The position numbers and the translations under genes are program-made. DNA of 64,000 nt from the NCBI GenBank assembly GCA_030295235.1, contig AP026149.1, positions 558,001 through 622,000 on the forward strand, written 5' to 3'. This DNA comes from Fistulifera solaris. Taxonomy: Eukaryota. Numbering within the stretch: position 1 is the first letter of the stretch; every line of letters begins with the position of its first letter. Under the pieces are notes generated by a model. It saw only the letters and a program-made list of their open reading frames with translations, was not told the DNA's origin and made no database searches. Positions 51,733 to 63,101 of the stretch are shown one piece after another.

Positions 51733-52917
51733 ATGCAAACAACACACCATCAAACATTGACAGAATTGCCTCAGAAGATACAGCAAACAATGAAAGACGC
51801 TACGATGTGCAACTTCATCCGCGCTATGAGGAATTGTTCGGTTGTAGAAGGCGGGCCGTCTTACGAAGGAAAAGATCTGCGGCTTCAAACAGTGCCTTGG
51901 TGCGCTGCGTGTCATAGTCGACCCACCAAGGGCTTACTGTGCTGTGCAAGTTGTCGCACAGCCTGGTACTGCAATAGCACTTGTCAGAAAGCTCACTATA
52001 AATCGCACAAGGAGATTTGTGTGACTGTTGCGCGAAATCTAAATATACTCGATGAACAAGCCGAGCTTCTTCGTAATGCAGAGGAAGCTTATTTTGAAAC
52101 GCAAATTGGAGCCTTTGGTCGGTATCATCCGACGCTGATATACATGGGAGCCCTAAAGGATGTAGTGAAATCGTTGGTTCGGGCCGCCCAAGCGAGCGAA
52201 ATGCAATGCGTTTGGGAAAGAGCTTTCGATTACACCTTGGAACTGCAGCGATTGGATGTTCTCGCACCGTTGGATTCACAAGCTTTGACTGCTTTCATCC
52301 TTTTAAATCTACATCGAGATGATGATGCTTTTGATTTCATTCGGTCCTGGATGCAAACGGATCTTACCGGCCATGAAACTGCCAGAGAGCTAGCAATGCG
52401 ACACGATGGGATCCAAAAAGGCGAGTGGTTCTTTCCGCGCGAGAAAACTCGCGCTATTTGAACATGTTCGAAGTATGCCCAAATGTGGATTATCGATCTG
52501 TCCCTGTAGCATTTTTGGTGGTACTCCTCGTGATCAAATGTCGACTTGTTGCGGCTTATGATGCGACGTGCAAGTCTATCGATTTAGCTCTGGCGACAAC
52601 AGACGGGCAACGTATACAGGAAGTCAAAGAACTAGTGACGGACATGTTGATTAATAAAAAGCTGATGAACATAGTGAGTCAACGAAAGCAAGTTGTGTGG
52701 CTTGTAAATGCGATTCATGGAAACAACGCTATCATGCTCCCTGCTATTCTCAATCCGGAACCGCTGCTTGAAAAGTACTCGCTGAGAAGGTACTCAAGAC
52801 CAAGCTGCTGAAGCGTTTTTCACACTCTTTTATGGAGTTCCGTGCTTAATTCGTATTCCTGGAGTTGAAGCAATGCTCGAGCAACGTTTCGGGAAGAAAC
52901 CGTTCTATACTTTGTGA
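51733..52917 (+). CDS. MYND zinc-finger protein (frameshifts near 52445 and 52790)
   Basis: CAACH...CASCRTAWYCNSTCQKAHYKSHKEIC. Downstream AFILLNLHRDDDAFDFI. Continues in shifted frames to RIPGVEAMLEQRFG. Confidence 0.8.
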
Positions 52918-53408
52918 TATTGACAAACAGCTCCTAAGTCCTAATTCAGATTACTCTATTGAGTCACCAGTGCATTGGGTGCTAATTTTGTTGGCGATGC
53001 GGTTGTTCAATTACTTCCTGCGCTGGCCGATGGTGGCTACAAACAATGCAAAGGCAAAATGAACATATAATGAATAATGATTGAAAAAGTACGACTACGC
53101 AATTATGTCTTGATGAGGCTGGTAACATAAAGAACGCTTGCTGTTTCGTCCGTGTAGATCATTATTTTAACGGAGTGAAGAAAAATCATAACCTTTGTGT
53201 TCTAAATCTAGGGATCGCATGTTATACGACTCAAAAGATTGCCTGCGCTCCTGCGGGCTCTCCGTTTGTAATTCGACCGTGCTTTAGGTCACGCGATATG
53301 AAAGGACGAAAAACAATAAATTCAAGCGCATACTGAATCGTAACGCTTATTGCAATAAACCCGTCGCTCGCATTGACTTTTGATTGTTTCATAGCTTTAT
53401 CGTTCACT

Positions 53409-55222
53409 ATGGCTTCTTCAAACGCGGGAATACTAGAGAAGCAACTGCAGCAGGCCCGGCAAGCGGGTACGGCGGCCCCTGCCGTCGATCGTAAAACGGG
53501 GCAGATGATCAATCCACACAACCCCGAATTTTTAACCAAAAAGCCGTGGTATTTGTCAGCTGAGGCCCAAGAGTCTTCTGCACCGACATTAGAGCATCAA
53601 CAGCAACTGGTAGAAAAGTCGGAACTGACTCTTACTCAGGCGGAGGAGTTGTTAGAACAACAACGACAGAAAGAACGATCGTCGAGAGATTTTCGCAAAG
53701 GAGAATGGGTGGAAGCGTTGAAAAGAATAAGTTGCCTTATCGTATTTGTAAAATTGTTCATGTCAACAAAAAACGGGGTGAATATGATTTGGAGTACGAA
53801 GACGGCAGCATTGAGAAGAGCGTCAAACAAAAGAAAGGATCGGAACGCCCTCGCATTCGACACACGAAAGCTGGCAATCGTTCCCTCGATACTAGTGCCA
53901 TGGAAACGTTCGATTCGAAGCGAGATCAATATCATGGCTACGATGCCCAGCGTCATAATGAGGTTGTAACAGCGAAGTTCGAGAAACGCGAAGAGTTACG
54001 AAGGCAGCTAAGGGAAAAGGCTGAAGAAGATACGAAGGAAATGAAAAAGACAGATTCTGATTTCGATGACTCGGATATAGAAAGCGATAATGAAGATGAC
54101 GACGATGACGATGAATTCGCTCAGCGTGATGAAGACGCTAAAGTATTGACGACGAGATTGGCCCGTCAGGGAGGTGTCGGTGGCGCTCAAATGAAAGTCA
54201 CTGCTCGAAATCTTCGTATACGCGAGGATACAGCTAAATATCTGCGTAACCTAGACTTGAACTCTGCATATTATGATCCAAAAAGTCGATCAATGCGTGA
54301 TAACCCAAATCCCGAAATTCCAGCACAAGCCAGTGAATATGCTGGTGATAACTTTGCCAGAGTATCAGGCGATGCCGTGGGCTTGGCGGAAACGCAATTG
54401 TTTGCCTGGGATGCAGCCGAAAAGGGGGTATCGGAGCTTCATCCGCAAGCAAATCCTTCCCAAGCAGAGCTTCTGAAGAAGCAGTTCAAATCGAAAGCGG
54501 CGAATCTGAAACTCGAACAGAAGAAAGCGGTACTGGATAGATACGGAGGCTCGGAGTACTTGGATGGGACAGACGGTTTGGGAGCCGTGAAACAGGATAA
54601 AAAACCTGCAGCCGAAGGCCGGAAGCTTCGTTTTGGTGTCACTACAAAACCTGTTGAGTATGGACCAGACGGGAGACCTGTGGGGGAAAAGAAAGTAAGG
54701 AGGGTCGCTATTCCTTGCAAGTACGAAGAGGATATTTTTATCAATGGACACACTACGGTATGGGGAAGTTACTTTCACAAAGGAGCGTTTCAATGGGGAT
54801 ATAAGGACGATCACTCTCTCATGAAAAACTCGTATTGCACTGGAGAAAATGGCCGCATTGCGAATGATGAAGCGAATGAACAACGATACGGCACGGGTGT
54901 TGCCGGAACGGCTGAACTGGCGCAAGCTCGTGGTATGCTGAAATCGATGCCCCGCAATGAGCGTACTTCGAGCATCCAACAGAAGTCGAAACTGTACGGG
55001 GAAGCAGACGTACATGCTACTTTAGACGAGAAGAAATTAAAAGAGGCGCTTCAGCGTGCTCAAACAGACGAGATCAAGGATGAGAGAAAGCGCAAATACA
55101 ATTCGATGAACGCGGAGGTTGACATTTCGGAAGAAGACATGGAAGCCTATAGACTGACAAAAGAACAGAAAAACGACCCGATGGCGAATATAGGCACTGA
55201 TGAGCTGCTTGATTATAGATGA
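53409..55222 (+). CDS. SLU7: Pre-mRNA splicing factor SLU7 (frameshift near 53722)
   Basis: INPHNPEFLTKKPWY, FDSKRDQYHGYD, RNLRIREDTAKYLRNLDLNSAYYDPKSRSMRDNP, KYEEDIFINGHTTVWGSYF, RKRKYNS. Confidence 0.93.
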
Positions 55223-55262
55223 ACGACAGCCGTTTACGAAACATTATAAATTGTCCGAGTTG

Positions 55263-56621
55263 TCATTGCATCTCTAGGCGTAACTCCTGCATTTGCTTCT
55301 TTTCTATTTCTACACTCGACTGCAGCTTGACGGCAACCGTGATTTCTATAACTTTCAGTTCGTCACTAACAGCCATCAGTCGATTGACCTTCACTTCCAC
55401 AACGTCACCAGGCTGCAGATCTTCCAGTGCTTCAAACAAGTCCGCTTCTCGATTGATTTTGGTGTTGCCCACTTGAATAATAATGTCACCTATTTCAATG
55501 AGTCCATTTTCTGTTCGCCGTGTTCCCTTAAGACCCGCCGCAGCCGCTGGACTACCAGGTGGGACATCCAGGATCAGGACTCCATTTGTGATGCCCAAGG
55601 ATCGCGCTTGTCTTGATTCCAAATATGAAATGCCGATAATGGGGCGCACGACGCGACCATCCCGAATTAATGTTTCGACAACAAATTTAATGGTATCGCT
55701 CGGTATCGCAAAGCCAATTCCTGAAGATGCCCCGGAAGGTGAGTAGATTGCCGTATTCATGCCGATTAATTTGCCCGATGAATCCAACAATGGCCCTCCG
55801 GAATTTCCTGGATTGATAGCGGCGTCGGTTTGAATGACATTACTGATGGGACGCCCAATAGGAGATCGTACTTCTCTTCCTAAACCACTGACGATGCCTG
55901 TGGTGAGAGTATGATCTAAACCAAAGGGATTGCCGATAGCCAAGGCAGTTTGTCCGACTTTGAGTCCCTTGGAAGTGCCCACAGCAATCGGTTGTAAAAG
56001 TTCCGGCGGAGCATCGACTTTGAGAACAGCAATATCTTTGCTAGGATCGACACCCACAACTTTCGCTTTAAAGACAGATCTCGCTATATTTCCGTTGCCG
56101 AAGGAACTAGAGCCTCGCATAGAAGTGTACGGTATCGGAACATCATTCTTACAGGACTGTTGACAGGCGGCATCCGTTAATATGGCAATCTGGGCGGTCA
56201 AGGCATTCCGCACGACATGATAATTTGTAACAATGTGTCCTTCCTTATCCCACACAAAGCCACTCCCACTTCCCAATGGAACTTCCATAATGTTGGGCGA
56301 AAATTGATCTCTTCGTTCCGTAAATGTGTCCAAGAAGACGACGGACGGCGCCGTCTTTTCGAAAATGGCAATTCGTTTCGATTCGCTTTCCGACAAGGCA
56401 CGCGCAGATTGTGGAACGCTTAAGAGAGACGATACAGCAGGTAGAGAGTATAAGAAGTGTCGACGAGTATTGGAGGATGCGTCGCAGCCTTCCTGATCGC
56501 CGTTACATGCCGAACTTAGTCGGCAAAACGAATGAGGCCGTCGTGAAGTAGAAATTTCGGTCCATGCTAGTGTTTTGTGCGACAGGAGAAGGATTGCGGC
56601 CAATGTAGCAATGAAAATCAT
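55263..56621 (-). CDS. Deg/HtrA serine protease with PDZ domain (Deg1/Deg8-like, likely thylakoid lumen)
   Basis: GSGSGFVWD, IVTNYHV, DIAVLKV, IQTDAAINPGNSGGPL, PDZ domain. Twin-arginine TRRHFL and ARA cleavage motif. Confidence 0.92.
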   Translation of the reverse strand: MIFIATLAAILLLSHKTLAWTEISTSRRPHSFCRLSSACNGDQEGCDASSNTRRHFLYSLPAVSSLLSVPQSARALSESESKRIAIFEKTAPSVVFLDTFTERRDQFSPNIMEVPLGSGSGFVWDKEGHIVTNYHVVRNALTAQIAILTDAACQQSCKNDVPIPYTSMRGSSSFGNGNIARSVFKAKVVGVDPSKDIAVLKVDAPPELLQPIAVGTSKGLKVGQTALAIGNPFGLDHTLTTGIVSGLGREVRSPIGRPISNVIQTDAAINPGNSGGPLLDSSGKLIGMNTAIYSPSGASSGIGFAIPSDTIKFVVETLIRDGRVVRPIIGISYLESRQARSLGITNGVLILDVPPGSPAAAAGLKGTRRTENGLIEIGDIIIQVGNTKINREADLFEALEDLQPGDVVEVKVNRLMAVSDELKVIEITVAVKLQSSVEIEKKQMQELRLEMQ

Positions 56622-56843
56622 GCTTTGCAAACGAGTTTTGATGCGCTTTGAATGATAAAGGTGTGATAATCCAAAATATAACGACTTGTAAAGACCTCAA
56701 AAAGATCTTGTGTTATGGTTATTTTATTTAATGTTGTTGTTCTGAAAAAGTCGAATCATCGCGCCCTGCCATCACGAACCACGTCACTTCACACCTGGAA
56801 CCCGGAGGAGGAATTAGTAAGCTTCTCTCACAACAGCTACTTT

Positions 56844-57370
56844 TCATAGCCCAGATCTAAAGCATCCTACAAAGGCGCTGCCATTCTCTTCAAACGCGCA
56901 ATCATGAAGAGTGACACAAACCGGATGAGGTTGATATGCCAGAATAATGGATTGTTGATTGCTCAGCTTCAGGTTGCAAAATCTTACATCTGTCTCAAGT
57001 CTCAACATCGACACGCCGACACAGACACGCACACTGGATACACATCGAAAGATTTGCGAATGAAATAACAAGACTGAAACACTGCACGAAACGCGTCAAA
57101 CGAAAAACCAAACGTCCATTGTCTCAACCATCGTCGAGGCAAACAAAGTGCCTCCCATGGATTTGGCATCCATGATTTCCCCTTTGTTCAAAAGCGAATT
57201 TCAAACGCGAATTGCGCTGGTGAGATACAAGCAGGCCAGGCTCGCAGCTGCGCTCATGAAAAATATTCAGACGCGTATACCGAGACATTCATTTGTGGGT
57301 CGTGGGATCCCAACACATGGAGAAAACCGTTGCTCCAGACAGAAATACTTAGATAGCTCCCTCTAAATGA
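56844..57370 (-). pseudogene. N-terminal/middle remnant of the 37850-39400 family
   Basis: LSNQQSIILAYQPHPVCVTLHDCAFEENGSAFV parallels WTPEQSVVLATRPFSL...SDHGTAFV. Stops occur upstream. Confidence 0.6.
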
Positions 57371-57475
57371 TTTTTAAACTGAGTTTGTGAACACAAATTG
57401 ATTTTGATTTTACGATAGGAGTAGCATCGCTGAATTTTTGTTTCCCTCTTTTTTCGCTGCGTTCTTCTTCTTCTC

Positions 57476-58029
57476 ACATCTCCTCTCAAGGGCGACTGAG
57501 AGAGGTTTGATGTCCTCCCCGTATTCAGTTGTTGCCAAAGCTGTGGCCTGCGATCATAGCTTGGGACCGTATGGTTGAATACTCAGTGGGAGCGCATGAA
57601 GGGTTGTGGTGCGTATGTCCCGAGGAAGGAGGAGTCGTCTCGCAAAATGGGAACCTCGTATCGTCTCGACGATTCGCTTGCCTGCTTGCGAGGCTTCCTG
57701 CCTTACCGGAAAACACGCAGTTGGAGCATTGTGCTGGGAAAAGTTCTTCACCTGAGTTGTGGGATCCATGAGGCGTGCCGAAGAACTGCGTGCGCCGATG
57801 ATTGGTGAAGCAATGGTAACGGTTGAGCGGGGTTTGGGGTTCACCCGCTGAGCAGCTTATGAAAGCCACATTCGCCTTTCCGCTCCCAACCGGATACATG
57901 GGCGTTTGTGATCGCTTGTTGACATCTGCTTAACGTCTTTGGAGCTCTTGCGGTGCTTATGAGTTATCCTAGAAATAGGTTAGCGGTTACGGGCACTAGC
58001 AAGGGTCCCCCATATGTCCCAGCACAATG
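57476..58029 (+). ncRNA. Second candidate structured non-coding RNA of unknown family
   Basis: 13-bp perfect long-range stem 57727-39/58017-29, CCTA-GAAA-TAGG tetraloop on a long G-U-rich hairpin, and several further G-U-containing helices on the + strand. Confidence 0.5.
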
Positions 58030-58385
58030 AAAAATGTATACCACAACACCTTCATGCTAACACTTGTTCATTTGAAAACCAAATAGTTTTAAATAATATA
58101 TAAAATACAACTGATGGATGCGCGCGATGGGTAATGGTGACAGAGGAGCTCCTCCATCTAACACTGTCCAATTTTGTGTGCTCGAACAGTTTCAAGGTCG
58201 TGAGGATTGTCATTTTCTCTAGATTCTCTGCGTCATTTAATCAGCTTGCTTGGCGCCAAATAGAGCGTTCGAACGTTATGAAGTCCGCCGTGTTTCGATC
58301 GTCATCATTGCAGATTACGGAGTGATTTTTTCGTTATGAGCCGAAAGCGACAGACGTGTCCGCAATACACATAGTTGCCGAGATC

Positions 58386-59100
58386 TTACCTCTTACCGAC
58401 TTTTTGTGTATGTAGCCAGATCCAGGGACGCGGCAATCGCAATGTACCGTAGGCCAAGACACGTATTCTCCTCCGTTGCTGAATCCTACCTAGTGTTCGT
58501 CTACGACTGCACCCTGGAATACACTCATTCAAGACATCGACATGATGTGATAACAAAAGAGCGGAGCGGCGAAAATCGTTCGAGGCTTGTTTCACTAGGG
58601 CAGTACCCAGGAAGCGACACTCGCTCCAAAGGCGGTTGTGCCGCCAAATCCGACGATCCGTGAAAGAAGCGATGCATCGCATAGAGCTTATCCACCAAGG
58701 AACCATCCGTATATATGTCATCATTTTCATTTATCACAATAATGTTTGAATTGCGAGATAACAACTTGCGAAGATGAATATAATTCGGTTACGACAAGCA
58801 GTCCTCGATGATCTTTTAAACCATTGAAAAGGGTTTGTACGAGCATATCCCATTCCAGATCGTCTTCACCGGTATACAAATCAGGTACCATCAAGTTGCG
58901 ACTCGCCATCACTGCGCTGATCAGTGTGTACCGAACAAACCTAGGTATACCAGCCTCGTTGTCATCAAATTTGAAACGGAGTTTGAGTTGCTCGAAATGA
59001 CCCACATTTTGCAAGCGCTTGAACACATCGATAATTCTCGTTTGCATATATCGTGTCGTTATATTCGTCGGACATGTTCGCATGCAGGAAAAGACAAAGA
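58386..59100 (-). pseudogene. C-terminal half remnant of the 37850-39400 family (several frameshifts)
   Basis: RLQNVGHFEQL, LSRNSNIIV...DGSLVDKLYAMHRFFHGS and TALVKQASNDFRRSALLLSHH fall in three different frames. Confidence 0.7.
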
Positions 59101-59317
59101 TCCATGAAAACAATAACGACGAGAATAAGGAAAAGGCGAAAAACGCACCCAAGCGGAGTACCGGATCCAGGTCGAAAGAGGTTCATGGTCGCATGGCAGC
59201 TAGGGATTACTCGGTAGATAAAAATTTAGCTCAACAAACATACATTACTTATTAATAATCATACAAAATAATTCACACATTGCAAACCAACATCATCTTC
59301 CTGTGCGTCTTCTTCAT

Positions 59318-61632
59318 CTAATTGGTGGATACCACCAGTGCCTTGATCGAAGCAGCCAGTTCTTCCGCTTGCGGTAACGTCATTTGACGCAGCGCAAACA
59401 CTTCTTTTTTTGGGTCGACAATCGTCGGGTCATCAGTTCGGGTAATGCGAACATGATGTGGCACTTCGTAAAGCAGCTGCGCCAGTTGCCGTTCCTCCGG
59501 CACTGTTCCCCGCTCGTATTGAGACATAAGCAATAAATCTCCTTCAGTGTGCATGGCGGCACAGTATGATTTGCCAAGATTGATACAACACGTTGCAGCC
59601 AATCGAGCAAAGCTTTTCTCTTGAAGCGATATTTCTGGATGCGCCCACGGCGTTTCATGAGCTGCAGGATCATATTTAACTTTTTCGGTGTATCGTCCAC
59701 TAAACAATAAAGCTATGTGTGTTAAAAAAACAACCCAAAACTCAAACTCACAATCTGTCTTTGGACTTACATGAACCACATCAACGAATCCAAGATACCT
59801 TCGTCCACCAACACACGGGCCCTCTGTTTATCCTTAGCCAATATCATTACTTCCTCCATGGCTTCAACACGGTCATCATGCATGGCTTCCGCGCTCGCTA
59901 GCACATCCAACCATGCTCTTGGCTGGAGTACAGGATTCAAAGCGTGAATCTGCGAGGCCGTCATTATTCGTCCTGGTGCAGCAATTGTCGAGTTAGCATA
60001 TCATACCATGAAAACATAATAAATGAAAATACCTTCTGACCAACTCACCTTCCCGCAAGCATGCTACTCTGCCATTCTTGTTTTTACTAAGTCGCGCGGC
60101 GGGGGCAACCGGTGATGTTTGATCGGTTGTTTTGGACCTTGAGGCTACTATACTTTCATCATTTTCACTCATCATAATTTCCGATTCCGATGTCGGCAAC
60201 AGCTCTTTGGTTTCCACATCCATAGTGGCGCAACAACTTTGAATATCCGCTGGAACGTGTTCCGCGATGCCTGAATCTTTGTACGTATTCATACACGATT
60301 GTGAGATAGCATCACCCGCGCTCATGACAGATTCTTGCGCACTTTTCATCATGTTATTCCTCTGCTCTTCGGGAATTTGCATCGCACCAGCACCTATACC
60401 TACTGCAGCAGCTCCTATAAGCAGTCCTACGGGTCCCAGCACCACACACCCTACGATAGCGGCCGCCGAAACAATTCCCACCGTCTTGGCAATCGGGGTT
60501 TCTAAAGTCTTTCGATAGCTGTCCACACTGTCTTTCTGCATAAACTTGGTGCTCCTCATTTCCGCCTTTGCAGCATCGACAGCTTCTTTTCGTGCCTTGA
60601 TTTCCATTTCTTCGCGAGCGAGCCGTTGATGGTACGACAGACTCTCTTGACTGTTGGAATCATCCACGTCCTCTTCGTCATAGATCTCGGATCGTGTACT
60701 CCGACTGCTACTTTGTTGCTGATGAAAGAATGCTGCAACATCCGGTGTAATAGCAGAAGCTGATAACTCTGAGCGAGTAGGATTGCGTAGTAACAACATC
60801 TGTGGATCTTCATAGGATCCTCCTTTGACTTCGGTATCTGAAGAGGAACTCGTAGAAGGCGTCAAACGAGTGATGCGGTAATTGACCGGACTCGGTTTTC
60901 GAAAGACTGCGTTTAGTTGTTGTTGCTGATTCTCTTTCAAAGCAGGCGAAGCGCCTTTCCGCAAATGCTCCGACCCATTCCTTCCCATTGGTTGCCGAGC
61001 ACGATTGTGCCCTGCCAAAGCGGAATCATTTTCGTCCCGAGTGAGAACAGGCTCTGGGTCTTTCGGGTGCCGATTCGTTCGTTTGCGTCGTGTTCGGTCT
61101 TGTGTAAGCTTTTGTCGTCGCGTCATCCGAGTGGACGCAGTGTTATGTGAAGCGAAGGCGTCCGTCATAAAGAACGACCGCTCATGATCACTATCGTTCC
61201 CGTCGTTTGAAAACGGGTCCCTTCTATCTATAATTTGATTCGATTGTGAATTGAAATTGTGTGTTTGAATATTCTGGGCTTGACTGGGTTGTTGCGAATT
61301 CGGATCCAGCACATCGTGTGCAGACATGTACTTCGCTTGCTCTGCTCTGCTTTGAATAAGTTGCGTTGTCGGTGATAAAGTATCTGATTTAGAAGGAAGT
61401 TTCACTGCGTGCCTTGTCTTGAATGGTTGTTGTGACCTCGAGGCATCATTTCGTACAGCGTTTTCATTTTGCAGTCGCCGAATTCGATTTTGCGCGGCCT
61501 GTGTTGTTGTTGTTCTTTGCGAAGTGACGGAACTCGTCTCTGTGTACGATGCAGCGGTTAATTTCTTTTCCGACTCTCGTATGGAGTAATTTTATGTTGC
61601 GCGACAAAGTCGGTTGCCGCCTGGTTTGTCAT
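59318..61632 (-). CDS. Hypothetical protein with a central Gly-rich hydrophobic segment and a C-terminal helical (ARM-like) domain; 2 introns, frameshift near 61567
   Basis: ORFs 59993-61405, 59767-59964 and 59318-59779 are flanked by GT/AG signals. Adding one A at 61566-69 links them to the ATG at 61632. Confidence 0.6.
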
Positions 61633-62210
61633 TGTTGTCTAGAAAACCGGGCAGAAATTTTAGCGATCGAGGACTATCTACAAAAAAGCGAGTTGTTGCG
61701 TGAAAATTGAGTTCAATTTAACTTAAGCTGGAATGACTTTCCTCAGTTGTTGGAATCTTGTGCCATTTATAAGGAGTGCAAATAGGAAAGTATGCACTGT
61801 TCGGTTCAATGTTGCTGCTTTAATGGTTTGCTGTTTATTTTTTTTTTGTTCGTCAAAGTGCGCGATGATTTGAGTAGCCGTTCGTGTGAGCGCGTCGGGT
61901 CGTCTTCGTTAATTATTCCAGATAAAGCGGTTAAAACACGTTAAAGCATACCCTCTCAGTTTTGTCCGTCGTCCGTTCGGCATTCGAATGTGGAATGTGA
62001 AGCGACAAGCGAACACAGCATAGACGCTTGCTAGATTTATTACCGACCACCAAAACGTAATGGAAAACAAAAACAGATTTTCTTTGAGACAAGCTCTTTA
62101 TCCTTTATTCATTGTCTTGTTCTTGAATAACAAGGTAACAATTCACATCAGCATATTGAAAAAATTTCTCAGCAATTTACGTGCACGCCAGCTATTGTCA
62201 AGTGAAAAAC

Positions 62211-63101
62211 ATGCCCGCTTCTAGTGACGCTGCATCACGCCGACGCCTCACGCGTTTACGTCGTGAATACTTATACCGCAAATCGTTGCAAGGACCAGAG
62301 AAAGCGGCGTACGAACAGAAACGACTCGTTCGTCAAGCACTGGCATCGGGAAAGCCATTGCCGACGGAGTTGCGTGCTTCGTATGATCACTTGCAGAAAG
62401 AAATTTCCTCGGAAGACAATCGCACGGAACAAGTTCGCACGCTGGTCGACGATGAGTACGGGGATGCCGGTTTGTTGGAACCGCGTGTCTGTGTTACAAC
62501 GAGTCGTGATCCTTCGTCTCGTTTGAAACAATTTGCGAAGGAAATGAAACTCTTGGTACCCAACTCTACGCGCATCAACCGCGGTAACCATCGTGTCGAC
62601 GAGCTGATGGAGCAGTGTCGGCAATCTGAATTTACCGATATAATGATAGTTCAAGAGACACGTGGTGAACCAGATGGACTCGTGGTGTGTCATTTGCCTA
62701 TGGGTCCGACGGCGTTCTTCAGTTTGAGTGGAGCAGTGTTGCGTCACGATTTGGATCCCCCCGCAGCGCCCATGTCTGAAGCCTATCCTCACATTATCTT
62801 GAACAACTTTCAAAGTGAAATCGGAAAGCGTGTCGGAAATATTCTGAAATGCTTGTTTCCTGTTCCTCGCTCGGACACGAAGCGCCTAGTCACGTTTTCC
62901 AACGACAATGATTTCATTTCCTTTCGACATCACATGTACAGCAAACCGGCGCATGATAAAGTTGAATTACATGAAGTGGGACCTCGTTTTGAAATGAGAC
63001 TGTATCAAATTCGTTTGGGAACGCTGGAACAGAAAGAAGCGGAGAATGAGTACGTGCTGCGGCCTTATCAGAACACGGCGACGAAGCGGCAAGTGCTGTA
63101 A
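62211..63101 (+). CDS. IMP4: U3 snoRNP protein IMP4 (Brix domain)
   Basis: RLRREYLYRKS, DDEY, TTSRDPSSRLKQFAKE, ETRGEPDGL, ISFRHH, EVGPRFEMRLYQIRLGTL, LRPY. Confidence 0.95.
   Translation: MPASSDAASRRRLTRLRREYLYRKSLQGPEKAAYEQKRLVRQALASGKPLPTELRASYDHLQKEISSEDNRTEQVRTLVDDEYGDAGLLEPRVCVTTSRDPSSRLKQFAKEMKLLVPNSTRINRGNHRVDELMEQCRQSEFTDIMIVQETRGEPDGLVVCHLPMGPTAFFSLSGAVLRHDLDPPAAPMSEAYPHIILNNFQSEIGKRVGNILKCLFPVPRSDTKRLVTFSNDNDFISFRHHMYSKPAHDKVELHEVGPRFEMRLYQIRLGTLEQKEAENEYVLRPYQNTATKRQVL

Noticed and set aside
54365..55015. Long antisense ORFs (216 aa opposite SLU7, 180 aa opposite IMP4, and many shorter ones)
   Set aside because: Shadows of real genes on the opposite strand with no motifs of their own.
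57978..57989. TAACCGCTAACC on the minus strand as a possible telomerase template (GGTTAGC repeat)
   Set aside because: G-U pairs and the GAAA loop indicate the + strand is the RNA, and the diatom telomeres I know are TTAGGG. Revisit only if this genome's telomere repeat proves to be TTAGCGG.
58097..58134. TACCCATCG plus TTTATATA on the minus strand, resembling a plant USE/TATA Pol III promoter
   Set aside because: A T5 run lies before the structured region on that strand, and similar CGCGCATCC plus AT-rich sequence follows the paralogue at about 39738, so it is probably family 3' sequence.
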